In this document: one piece after another, positions 1 to 21,870 of the stretch | Layout: the number at the start of each line of letters is the position of its first letter | Numbering within the stretch: position 1 is the stretch's first letter | NCBI RefSeq assembly: GCF_009914755.1 | Contig: NC_060925.1 | Strand: one strand, 5' to 3' | Length of the DNA stretch: 64,000 bases | Source of the DNA: the human T2T-CHM13v2.0 reference genome, Homo sapiens | Position numbers and translations under genes: made by a program | The notes under the pieces: model-generated | Told to the model about the DNA's origin: nothing | The model's database searches: none | The model's input: only the letters and a program-made list of their open reading frames with translations

Positions 1-1346
1 TGATAATTTTATAATTTCCAGGTTTACATCATCATTTTCAATGGAAAGGATTCCATTTGGTTTTCAAACTTTAACCTACACCAAATGTGAACGCGTTTGA
101 GAATTTGAACTGAATTGTTTAAGCCATTTTTGAGTTACGTGAAGGTGAGAGTACATTTTTCATGCACCTAGTTAAAGCAGGCCCCAAACTTTTCTACTGA
201 TGCATGTCACAAAAGACTAATGATATATATTATATAGTCAACAGTATTATTAAATTTCTTACCAAAACCTCTAAATTTAAAAGGAAAAAATCATTTTTAA
301 GATGACAAAATTTCCATTTATGAGTCCAAGAATTGCTAATAGAAGATTGTAGTTTAAAAGGAAAGAAAATACAATTAAGGTCAACTCAGATTTCTGTCTA
401 AATTAGATAGAAAATGGATATAGGACAAATATCAAATTAGTGTAGCATTTCAGGGCAGAAATGTTATGAAGTTAATGCACTTTAAAATGTAAAAGTAATT
501 TAACCTCAACCTTTTACAATCCACCTAGAGGGAAAAGCAGAAGCTGAAATAGAAATTCTATGCCAAGCACATCCTCTAGTGAGTTTTGATCACTTAAAAC
601 TTGAGCTCCTCTTAAGCAGCATAATGGGTAAAATATCCATTATGAAGTGACATAAAATAAATTTGGAATTATATATCACATCACTAATTATTTCTTAAAC
701 CTAGCTAAGTTTTATTTAATTCCCTGAGCAAAAAGTGTTCAAATTTAAGACGGAGAAATAATATATTAAATGTTTAGAATGTTAAGGGGGAAAATATGAT
801 GTCTTTTTTAACTTGATATTTGTAAATGGCATGTCATATTTTTAAACTCATTTTTACTCCAGCTTGCTGTAGTACTTTTGGGTCTCTACTCACTTCCTTT
901 CCAGTTACCACCAACTTGATAAGCCTGTCCTTTATGTCATTAGTCAAATCAGTGATGAAATGGTTGAATAGGATGGGGTCAGGGGTATTGCATCATTCAT
1001 TTATAGAGATCATTATCTGTCAGCATTATATGTAATAGGAAATAAGAGACTCTCCAAGTACTGAGCAGCTCTGTAGTATGGTTTAAGATAGTATCGTAAG
1101 AATTTAGCTTGGAACAGTATGAAGGCTGCATTTGCCTGATACGCAATGTTCCCCTTGACATATGGGAAGCAGAACCTTAGAATGTTCTACAAACCTCTTT
1201 TCCAACCACCATCCAGTGATTATGGGTGGAAATACATAAATTCACCAGATAACTTAGCCTGTATCTCAGGTTCAGTACATTTTCATAAGTTTTAATACAG
1301 GATTCTTGTATTGTAGCGTGGTTTTAATAAGGAGTATACCCTTAAC

Positions 1347-1497
1347 TTGGCATGGTGGCTTACACAAGTAATACCAACAATTTGGGTGGTGAAGATGGGA
1401 GGATCTCTTGAGGCCAGGAGTTTGAGACCAGGCTGGAAAACACACTGAGACCCCATCTCTATAAATAATAATAACAACAACAATAATAATAATAAAA
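1347..1497 (+). mobile_element. FLAM (free left Alu monomer) with A-rich tail
   Basis: Diverged Alu left arm only (tggcatggtggct...gagaccccatctcta) followed by an AAT/AAC tail; acccttaa repeated on both sides as a likely TSD. Confidence 0.85.
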
Positions 1498-1679
1498 TTT
1501 TAAAAAGTAAAACACCCTTAATTTGGTTCCCTTTTTAGCAATTGGTTTCTTTTGGAAAGGGTAAGAGGATTTTGAAATTTCTACTCCCTTACCAAGTTAT
1601 TTTTCTGTGTTAGAGCTTATTCCTGAGTCCTATGTATTTGCTTGAACTTGTACTTATAACTATGAGCATAATTTTTAAA

Positions 1680-1915
1680 AATAACATTTATAAAGCACTT
1701 AATATGTGCCAGGTACTGTTCTAAGCACCTTAAAAATATTAACTCTCCCTATTTTCCTGACAACCTTATGATGTAAGTGCTATTATTATCTTTCTTTTAC
1801 AGATTATTAAACTGATACATAGAGATGACAGTTAATTGAGCAAAACGACACAATCAATACGTAGTGATATTGGGACACCAACCTAGGGCCATGTAGCTCT
1901 AGAATTAGAGCTCTT
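1680..1915 (-). mobile_element. MIR SINE
   Basis: Matches the MIR reverse-strand pattern (gcacttaatatgtgccaggtactgttctaagcac...acaaccttatga...attattatc...ttttacagat). Confidence 0.75.
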
Positions 1916-3184
1916 CATTTCTCTTCTCTTTGGCCTATTTCTGATATCACATGCCATGCTGAACCAAGGGGTATGTACAAATTGTGTAGAGAAATGAGAA
2001 ATAAGGAGATACTTCTGTCAAACACTTAACTCTCTGCCTAGGAATGCAATAAAAGAAATTGAGGAAAAGCATGTATATCTAATAATGACTGTGTAACATC
2101 TACTGACAGGTAGATAAATCAAATTCAGAACAATATGGGAGGAGTAGAATGCAAAGATGTTTTTTGCATTTCACTTAATATGATATTTAACAATACTCTT
2201 TAACAACAACAACCAAAAAAAAAAACATAAAGAGATGGCTCATAAACCATGCTCATACATTTCAAAACCAACAAATAGTTTCCTTATTTACCAGAGATCT
2301 TATCAAATGTAGGCAAACTAATCCAGTTTTTCTTTTTATTCAGACAATGATGATTAATAAAAAGATGATTTTGAAAACATTGAGTTCTTATTCATTCAAT
2401 AGATGAGAGAACACAAGTCTCTCTACTAAAGATTTGTCAGATACACTATAACACAGATTTAATCAAAAGTCACTTTGTATATAGTTTGTAAAGATATTTT
2501 TTTCCTTCTAAGAACCTTTATTACTGGCAGCTGATATTTCACAAATTCACCAAAATGCATTCAACAAATATTTGTTGAGTGTCAGCATGTACAATGCTGC
2601 TGTGTTCCATGCTCAGTTCTGTGAGCATTTCAAAATGAGAGAGATTCTGCCAAAGAGCTTTACCAATTAGTTACACTGATGGGATTTCCTAGTTTAGCTG
2701 TGCTGTGATCTTGATGCACTGGAGACCATGATGTAGAATATACAGAATTATTATAAAAATAGATAGCAACTGTGTGTTGTTAAAAATAAGGTATTTCCAA
2801 AAGAGAGTACTGAGTTTTCTTTCTGCTTATTGAAAGAGCTATTACTCCACTACACTGAAGCAGAAGAAATATGAGGATATAGAAAGATTAAGGCCTATTG
2901 AGGATTCCTGTGAAACTTTTCAAAGCTGTTTCAGCATACATGCTAAAGTTGTTACCACTTAACTAATTTTAGCAATCTGGAACACTGGGATTGCTGCAGT
3001 TTCCGATTGCCACAACATCATCAATTCTGCTCATGCTGAGTTAGGTTCATTTAATTTCAATTAGCATTTATTGAGCTCCTATCTTATACTGAGCTCTGAT
3101 TGGAGAGATGAGAGAATAAACTACTTCTGTAATAAAATAAGTGCTCGATAACATTATGTTGCATAGCACTTTCAGATGCTAGTT

Positions 3185-8780
<5,596 letters not shown>

Positions 8781-8839
8781 CTAGTTATTGTTTTAAGAGC
8801 TTTTCAAATATTAACTCATTGGAAAAATAAAAAAAAACA

Positions 8840-10027
8840 ACAAAATACAGAAAATTCAATAAAACTAAAAGCTCATTCTTGGAAAAGATCAACGAAGTTG
8901 AAAAAAAAGTTTACCTTGATTGATCAAGATAAAAAGAGAAAACTCATGTAACTAAAAGTAAGGAAACTAGAAATAACTAAAAATCAGGAATAAATTAGGG
9001 ATATTACTACTGGCCTTACAGAAACACAAAGAATATTAAAGAAATACTATGAACAATTGCATGCCAACAAATTGTATAATTTCAATGAAATGGAAACATT
9101 TCTAGGAAGACAGAGACTTTCTTAAGTGATGACCTTGATTTCTTTTATCACATAGAATATGAAGGTCATTGCTCAGGTTTAGAAGGGCCAAGCCTGGATA
9201 GAGTTGGTGAGGACAGTGATAAATGTTTGGAGGAGCCATGTAGCCACAAGATAAAGCTGAACAAGGGCTAGGCATAGTGGTTCAAGCCTGTAATCTTAGC
9301 ACTTGGGGTGGCCAAAGTTGGAGGATCTCTTAAGCCCCTTAAGTTCTTGAAACTGAACTCAAGAAGAAATACACAGTATGAATAAACCTAGTGAAGAGAT
9401 TGAACTAATAACCAAAATCTACCTACAAAGAAAAGTTCACATCTAGATGGTTTCACCACTAAATTCAACCAAAAACTCAAGGAAGAATTAATACCAATTC
9501 TTCATAAACTCTTTCACAAAATAGAAGTGGAAGGAATATTTCCCGATTCCTTTTATGAGGCCAGTATTACCGCCTACCAAAACCAGACAGATGTATCTCA
9601 GGAAAATATAGTCCAATATCCACTTTGAATATAGGCATACCAATCCTCAGCAAACTACTGGCAAACTAGATCTAGCCACATATAAAAGAAATATACACAT
9701 TGACCAGATGAGATTTAGCCCAAAGAATGCAAAGTTTATGCAACATCCTAAAATCAACTAATGTAATAAATCATGTAAATAGAATTAAAAAATAAAAATT
9801 ACATGCTTAATAGACATAAAATGCATTTGACAAAATCAACACATTTTCATGTAAAAAACACTCACCAAGCTATGAATTAAAAAGAACTTCCTCCATGTAT
9901 TAAAGAGCATGTATGAAAAACCCACAGATAACATCCTAGATAATAATGAGAGAAGGAACACTTTCTTCCTAAGAGCAGGACAAAGAAAGAATTTCCATTC
10001 TCACCACCAGGAGAATTAGGCAAAAAA

Positions 10028-10070
<43 letters not shown>

Positions 10071-10150
10071 AATAAAGTGCAATACAGACTGGACAAGAAG
10101 TACAATTGTCTCTGTTTGCAGATAACATTATCTAATAGAAAGTCTCAAAG
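8840..10150 (+). mobile_element. Old L1M ORF2 fragment, interrupted at about 9115-9348
   Basis: Diverged ORF2-like sequence (aatactatgaacaattgcatgccaacaaatt; ttttatgaggccagtattacc; tctgtttgcagataacatta). Confidence 0.8.
10025..10075 (+). repeat. (AAAT)n microsatellite
   Basis: About 11 tandem AAAT units. Confidence 0.95.
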
Positions 10151-10152
10151 AA

Positions 10153-10460
10153 GGCCAGGCATGGTGGCTCACACCTGCAATCCCAGCACTTTAGGAGGCT
10201 GAGGCGGGTGAAACACCTGAGGTCAGGAGTTCAAGACCAGCTTGACCAATATGTGAAACCCGGTCTCTACTTAAAATACAAAAATTAGCCAGGCGTGGTG
10301 GCAGGCATCTTAGTCCCAGCTACTTGGGAGGCTGAGATAGGAGAACTGCTTGAGCCTGGGAGTCAGAGGTTGCAGTTAGCCAACATTGAGCCACTGCACT
10401 CCAGCCTGGGCAACAGAGTGAGACTCCATCTCAAAAGAAATTGGAAAAAAAAAAAAAGAA
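10153..10460 (+). mobile_element. AluS (Sx/Sp-like)
   Basis: Full dimeric Alu with A tail. Confidence 0.95.
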
Positions 10461-10509
10461 GCAACTTAAGAACCACAAAAAAAAAAAAGAAAAAGAAAAG
10501 GAAAGCAAA

Positions 10510-10842
10510 AACAGAGTGGTTACTAGGATGGGAGAGGTGGTAGAGGGAGGTCATGAGGTCATGACAAGATATTAGGTCAATGAGCACAAAGTTGCAGTTA
10601 TATAAGATGAATAAATGTAGAGATCCAATGTATGACATGAAGATTATAGTTAAAAATATTGTATCACCTAGTGGAAATTTGCAAAGAGAATAGATTCTAG
10701 CTGCTCTCACCACAAAGAAAAAAAGTATGTAAGATGAAAAGATGATTGGTATGGTAATTTGCTTGGCTGTAGTAACCATTTCACTATGTTTAAATACATT
10801 AAAACACTATGTTGTACACCCTAAATATATACAATCAAAAAG
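10510..10842 (+). mobile_element. L1MA-type 3' end
   Basis: Typical L1MA 3'UTR (acaaagttgcagttat...atgaataa...gtagtaaccatttcactatg...atgttgtacaccctaaatatatacaat). Confidence 0.8.
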
Positions 10843-13800
10843 AGTACCAAATATGAATCTTTCCTATAAATGTAAAATATAAAATGTGCAACAATTATGA
10901 ATGGTCCATATGCATATTTTCTTGGGTATTCTTAAAGTAAGTTTTAAAAACATATATATATATAGAGAGAGAGAGGTAAAATTAAAAATAAATATATTAT
11001 CATTTTACTGATTTTGCCCCCAAATAACAAATAATTTACTTATCAAAACTGCTTCTTGGAAAAGTATTGTCATGTTTAATTTCATAAATAGCTTTAAAAT
11101 TTTAATGTAATGTATTTTATAATTTCAGAAATGTAAATTTAGAGTTAGCTCTAGTGCCTTTTCAACATCACCTGCAACACTCTTAAGTTAACTATGCAGC
11201 AGTAAAAACTCATTTCAAGATGGATTTTTTTAAGCTGAAATACTGACCTTCAAGTTAATTGTAATATACTGTTTCTACTTATTCCTAGGTTTGCTGCTCA
11301 AAACTTTCCAAACACTATAATTCTGAAAGCTATCTGATTGTCTTTTCTTTTCTACATTTCAAGAATACAAGAAACACAGTAACATATCAGTAATTATTTT
11401 TGAAAATAATTACTTTTAAAACTTTTTAGTAGAGTCCTATTATAAAAACTTAATTTTACTCAGTGCATTATTTCTAAAAATTAAAATAACAAGAAAATTC
11501 TCTTTGAAAATATGTGTGACATAATATGTCAGGTGATAGATTAAATATCTTTTCAAAATATACAATGTATTGTGTTTTTCTCATCACCGTCAATTATATA
11601 GCATTAACGTTTATTAGACTATTTAAAAATAAAAATATGTTAGTATAATTTTTTGAATAACTTAAGTCAATTGAATTGAGTCTCGGTAGAAAATAATGAC
11701 CAACTCTAGACATTACACTTCACATTTTATTGGACTACAAATAATATTGTGAAATAAAATTTGATATAAACACTATTAATTGCAAGAGTATAGCAATTAA
11801 TTAAGCTATGGATGTTTGTGTCAGTGTTTTTTATTTACAGATTAACAAAGTATAGTCTACATTTATATTCATAATTATAAAAGACAAAACAAACATATTG
11901 CTTTATTCCACTTTCTAGAAACTGGCTCATAGTTAAATTGCTTAACTCCTGTGATTTGTAAGAATTAGCGTGATAAAAGCTGGCATGATTTTGTAGATCT
12001 AATTATATTTTTGCTGTTACCTGATAACAGTTCTGTTTACTTTATTTTTTACCAATTATCTGTCTCCTAAATTCTGTAAATCACAGAACAACTTCATTCA
12101 ATATTTGCTCTAGAAATTAAATACCTACTATATGTCACTTAAAACACAACTTACATTACCAAATCAAAGAAATTGTGAATCTTGTTATCCTTAGTTTGAC
12201 AATTTAAAGCATACAAGCAATGCATTGAACCTTTAGGTATTTAGTAAAGGAATTAAGATCTTGGTTTCAGAGACTACAAGAGCACTTTACATCGAATTGT
12301 TTATTCAACTAGAAAATATTTCAGTAGTTGAATACCCTTGGATCCAGCCTACTGAAGTCCCCTCACACATCTACTCAGTTCCTCATATTTACTTCTAAGC
12401 ACTTGCAATCTTAGTCATACTTATAAATGAAGGGGGACACCTTTTACCTGTGCAGGGACACATTTGATAAGTAATAAAAATAAAAGATACTCTCCATACA
12501 AAATTGCACAGACACATCAGTGTTCATGTAACTCAGAGCTGTCGACTTCCTGCAGTGCACATGATCATGGGTTTCTGGCTCCACTCTTGCTTGAACACAG
12601 CACACAAGCACAATGCCCTTCCCTGGAACCTTCATAATAACCCTGAGTGCAGCTAACCTTGGCCTGGAAAATCATCAGCTACTTAAAATTACAGCTGCCT
12701 GAGAAGGAAATTCCCCTGAGGTCTAAATTAAACCCTGAAAGGTGTAATTGCTCTCCACTCTTTCCTATTCCCCGCTACCTCACCACCTCACGCTTGCACT
12801 CCCTATGAATTTCCATGCCTGTATTCTTGGCTATGTTGTTACCAGCTGGTGCTTATCTTATTTCCTTTTTTCCTTAGTTACAGCACAAGATGGGTACTTC
12901 TGTTCACAATGATATAGACCCTGTATCATTCCCACTGTTTGCTGTTTCCTCCACCTAGTATGAAGCCCCCTTTCCACCCATCTCCAGCTACTCTACACAC
13001 ACTTTAAATCATTTTTATTATGAGCACTGGAACTCCTTTCCATGGTTAACGGACAATGGGCATTCCCCGTGGCCCTGTCAAGGTGAGACTGTTGACTCCC
13101 AAATTCCAGATTACTCTTTCTTCCCTCTCAGAACTGCTTAGATGACACACTTCCTATAAGTGTCACTTCTTTGGGACTCGTTTTGACCACACAGCTAGAT
13201 TATAGACTTAATGAATCATCATTATTCCCATTTGTATTAACAGAGTCTAAATACAATGCCTGTATATAACAGTATGCCTCATTAAAACATATATATATAC
13301 ATATGTGTGTGTGTGTGTATATATATATATTTCTTTTTTTGTGCCACATACTTCTCCTGTGGGAGAAGAGAAGTATATGCAAATACCCATTATGTTTTGA
13401 TGTGAAATGTGCCTGTATATTTCTTACTTAGAGTACAAAAACTGTTGTATAATTTCACAGACACACTTGGTGCTGAACAGCAACAACAAAAATCAATAGC
13501 TATATAATAAAATCATTTACAACAATGATTTCTTCTATTAGAAAATACAGTTTGACCAAAGTTTCTGTTTAAATCCTTGAAATTGATTTCTGGAAAAGTT
13601 TAGTTTTCCTCAGCAACCACAAGCTAAGTTTCTCTAACAACATCTTACAAAATTTTTAAATTAACTGAAACATCTGCATTCATGCTGGCTACATTTTTAT
13701 CTGTACGGCATAAATATTATTTATATACTTGTTACTCAATATAACATTAGTCCTAGAGTCAGAAGCCAACTAACTATATTGCATGATTTGTATCTACTGA

Positions 13801-13993
13801 AGTCTGTTTCCCAACATCATCTACTAGCAACATTAGGATTTTGTCATATTGTTTAAGTAACCCTTAAGCTAAAGGTATTTCCACATCACCTTTAATTTTC
13901 TCCAGTACATCCCGAACAAAAAGATATACTTGGAGCAATCTTCCGAGCATTCTAACCCATTTATGGATTTAAGTTGAAAGTTGAAGTAGTAAC

Positions 13994-14293
13994 TTTTTTT
14001 TTTTTTTTTTTTTGAAACAGAGTCTCGCTCTGTCGCCCAGACTGGAGTGCAGTGGTGTGATCTCCGCTCACTGCAAGTTCTGCCTCCCAGGTTCATGCCA
14101 TTCTCCTGCCTCAGCCTCCCAGTAGCTGGGACTACAGGTTCCCGGCACCACACCCAGCTAATTTTTTGTATTTTTAGTAGAGAGGGTTTCACTGTGTTAG
14201 CCAGCATGGTCTCGATCTCCCGACCTCAAGTGATCCCCCCGCCTCGGCCTCCCAAAGTGCTGGGATAACAGGCCTGAGCCACCGTGCCAGGCC
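13994..14293 (-). mobile_element. Alu (AluY-like with one AluS/J-type position)
   Basis: Poly-T then a full reverse Alu; TSD agtaactttt on both sides. Confidence 0.96.
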
Positions 14294-15270
14294 TAAGTAA
14301 CTTTTCAACTGACACAACAATGAACACACATTAATTTTAGTTTCATAAAGTAATACAACGTTACATTTAATCATTCCTTTTTGTATTGACTATGAAAGGT
14401 TAGATTTGAAACACTCCAAAATGCTCTCTCTATATTATTTTGTTATGGTTAACTTAGGCTAGGATCATACTCTTCTGACTGTTAATTTTACAATGGCCAT
14501 TTGACAAATGAAATTACATTGACCTAATTTGCCAGAGAATATGTCTAAAACTTATTGTTTAGGAGACAACAATTTCTCCTCTCTGTCTCTCAATCTCTTT
14601 CTCTCATTTTCTTTTTTTTCTTTTGAAAATCAGAACTAAATTATTCTCCTCTTTTCTCAGTTTTGATAAAGTCAACCTTAGTGTATTCAAAGTCAAATGA
14701 CTTTAGTGAACACATAATATTAATCCACCAATTCTAGATTATGTTATATTTTGCCTCCTAGAAACCCATATAACCATGCACCTGTACATCTTAACATATC
14801 TTAAAAACATTGAGGGGTCATTTTCTATGAAGCAGGACTTCTTAAAAATATTTTGTGCCATGGACGACTTTAAGCCTGATAAAGCCTCTCTTCTCAGAAT
14901 AGTATTTTTAAGTGGGTAAAATAAATTAAGGAGAATTATAAAAGAAATTGATGTTATTAAAACAAATTTGTATTCATGTTTATTTTGTGAGGGAGTCTGT
15001 GTACCCCAAGATAAATTCATACAATTCAAATATACTTTAATTACATTTAACCATGAAAAATCTTGACCTACTTATCAAGTAAATATTATATTGAAATACA
15101 TACAATTTCATCTTAAATATATTACATAACTGAAAGCAAGAAAATTGTAAATATATTTTTATAAAATAATTGTTTAAATTCATGGAATAAGCAAATACAT
15201 AAAAATGCCTTTTGGATATAGAGGAAACAAACAATGGAAGGTGATAATTTTAGCGTAAACTCATTCTTAC

Positions 15271-15461
15271 CTTTATGGCAGTGGATGCAATTTGAATGTG
15301 GTGAAGTCTCCGAAGGGTGCTGTCCCTGTCAATGAAATAAGAAGCGGCTAGCTGATGTAGCGTCTCCAGAGTGACCGAAGAGCTATTGGTGGTGGAATCA
15401 CTTCCTTCAGCTCGTTTGCTCAACTTCCGCTTGTCCACAAAAATTGTGAGTGACTCCTCTC
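15271..15461 (-). CDS. BRINP3: BRINP3 internal coding exon (probably exon 4): (G)EESLTIFVDKRKLSKRAEGSDSTTNSSSVTLETLHQLAASYFIDRDSTLRRLHHIQIASTAIK
   Basis: Overlaps ORF 15250..15438(-). Acceptor aatgcAG|GAGAGG (AG at 15463-15462), donor AAG|GTAAGA (GT at 15270-15269). 191 nt, phase 1 in, phase 0 out. Splices in frame to the upstream exon (G|GA = Gly). Confidence 0.96.
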
Positions 15462-15825
15462 CTGCATTAATAATATTTCAAATTATTCAATTTTCCACTT
15501 AAAATCTTTTTTTTTAACTTATCTGCAGGTGGAAAGGTCTAGCTTATGAATATAGTAAAACAAAGGAGTGATATATGCCAAAAGGGCAAGGGGTTTTATT
15601 TTTGGTCACAGATATTTCTCAAGTACCTCAAAAAGTGCCTGGGATATTGGTCACTTTAAACACGTAGTTACTGAATGTCAGATATTTAGCTTTTGCAGAA
15701 CAGTTTCTCCAGATTTTATTGACTTTCTAACAAAGTTTAGCATAACACTCATATGGTCCAAAATAAAATTAATTTATGGAAAACAAACAAGTGAGGGGCA
15801 TAAAATGAAACTGTATTTTACTCAG

Positions 15826-16151
15826 GGCCGGGCACGGTGGCTCACGCCTGTAATCCCAGCACTATGGAAGGCCGAGGTGGGCGGATCATGAGGGCAGGAG
15901 ATCGAGACTATCCTGGCTAACACGGTGAAACCCCGTCTCTACTAAATATATATATATATATATATATAAATTAGCCGGGCGTGGTGGCGGGCGCCAGTAG
16001 TTCCAGCTACTCCGGAGGCTGTGGCAGAAGAATGGCGTGAACCCGGGAGGCGGAGCTTGCAGTGAGCGGAGGTTCCCGCCACTGCACTCCAGCCTGGGCG
16101 ACAGAGCGAGACTCCGTCTCAAAAATAAATAAATAAATAAATAAAAAGAAA
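15826..16151 (+). mobile_element. AluY with (TA)n expansion in the middle linker
   Basis: AluY diagnostics (2-nt deletion before gagg, ggctaacacggtg, aatggcgtgaacccggg, gagcttgcagtg), CpG-rich. Imperfect TSD gaaactgtattttactcag / gaaattgcatttactcag. Confidence 0.96.
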
Positions 16152-17199
16152 GAAATTGCATTTACTCAGAAATTTTTACCATAGAATAGAATATCCAAAT
16201 GGAAATATGACAAAGCACTAGTTTTCATCTGCACCTTTAAAATTCAGATAAAGCATGTGTATGCATATACAGGTATGTATATATATGTAATAAATTCAGA
16301 ATTTCCCTGCATAGGATATATTGAAACATTGTGTGTTAATACACTGTGTGAAAAACACTGAAATCTATGTAGGATTTAGGTAGTAGCAATTGGTTCTCAA
16401 ACGTAAAACGTAAAGTGTATTACAATTAAGCTGAACTTTTCAATGTCCAAAAGACAAAAATCCATGTCATTGAAGTTAGACATTAAGAACTTGTGATCCT
16501 CCGACAAACATATTATCGGATACTCATCTAGCACATAATTGTCAAACTTGCTGTTTTCATTCTTTCAGCAACCCTTTTGTTTGGGTAGTATTGTGCCCAT
16601 TTATAAACTAATAAGTCACTTTTATGAAAAGGCAAATAAGTTTGTCTAATAGAATAGTTTGCATTTCCTCTCTTTCTTACAATAATATCAATTTTAAAAT
16701 GACATAGCCCAGGTGACAATCCAATCTTAAGTAAGAGCTCTTACATGTCTACCAGAGATCAGTTCAGCTTCTCTCAGAAATAGATTTCAACAAATATTAT
16801 TTCTAAAACTCACATTTCTTGTTGGTATTTGGACCCCAACATGCATATTAGAAATCAGTTAGAGGAAGGAGAATAGTTTAAGAAAAAACATATATCTCAA
16901 GAATAAATAGGTGGGTCAAATCATCAACAATATTAGGTAGTGTAAATGAAAAACAGCTTTGGAGTAGAGGCAGCTAAAAGAGAAAAAGAATACATACATA
17001 AATGCTATAAAATAAACAAACAAAAAATCCCCTACAATCATTCTCTCCAAGAAAAAGATCAACAGGTGAGGAAATTTCAGGAAGTGCATCTCAGAATGAC
17101 CAATGAATCAGAAAAACTCATCCACGTGATAAGTCGTGAGAGTGCCAAAACATACAAATACCCTGTAGATAGATGTAGAAAGAACACCAGTGGTATGGT

Positions 17200-20800
<3,601 letters not shown>

Positions 20801-21629
20801 ATACTAATTGTATATCATGTTTGTAAAAATAAGTGACTTAAGAACACATTATTTTGAATGTAAATCAATTTTTGGAATATATTCTGAAGACGAATAAAGG
20901 TACAAAGAATCAATAAACTTTATACCTGGTGCATGAGCAGCATACTCATAGTAGTACGGTTTTATGCAGTATGTTGTTACATATGAGTATATGGGTATTC
21001 ATTGTACAAATATCTCTATTTTGGGTATCTTTGAAAAGTCATTGAAGACAAAATCATAATGGGACGAGTATTCATAACTCCTGTTCTACATCTGGCCCAG
21101 GTTTAAAATATATTGTTTTATAATAAAAATATCCTGAAGTAATTGGTAAGTTCATAACCAATACTATAGCTAAAATAAAGCTCTAAAGGATTCGGCTATT
21201 CCCAGATGATTACACTTGGAAAATGCATTAAAATGTTGAAGAAGCATCCAAGATCAACCCTCATGCATTCAATGTTTTATACACATTCTTGTATTTGGAA
21301 GGAGACTTCCACGTTTTTAAAAACATAATAATTATATCAAATATTTTCTTCAATTGAGTAATATATTAAATTCAAAACATTTGATCCAATTAACCAATTG
21401 GACATTAGTTTTGCCTCCTGGAGATGCAAGAAAGCCATTTTAAATATGTGAAAAGAGTCATTTTCAGTAAGTCTCCCTTTGTATGGTAGTGAATTTTCCT
21501 ATTACTGAAGGTGTTGCAACATTAATTGAAAATCTATATGTTGTTGAACAGAAGAGATAATTAGACCAATAGAAGGCATTCTTTCACTGGTTTATGAGGT
21601 CCTGGAAGACAGAAATGTATAATCAGTTT

Positions 21630-21870
21630 TAGTTTAGATGTAAGTGTACCAAGTTTTACTGTCAAACAGATTTGGGTTCTAATGCTGGTTTCAATTTAGT
21701 AACTGAATGATCTTGAACAACACATCTTAGGACTCAGTTTCCTTTTATGGAACATTAGCATAGTAATTATTTTCTCAAAGAGCAGTTGTAAGCTGAAATA
21801 GATAGCTGTAAAGGGTTTGTAATATCACTGGAATCTAGTAATAATTCGAAAGTTGTTAATATATTATTAT
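21630..21870 (+). mobile_element. MIR SINE
   Basis: gtcaaacagatttgggttctaatgctgg...gatcttgaacaa...ctcagtttcctt MIR core. Confidence 0.7.
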
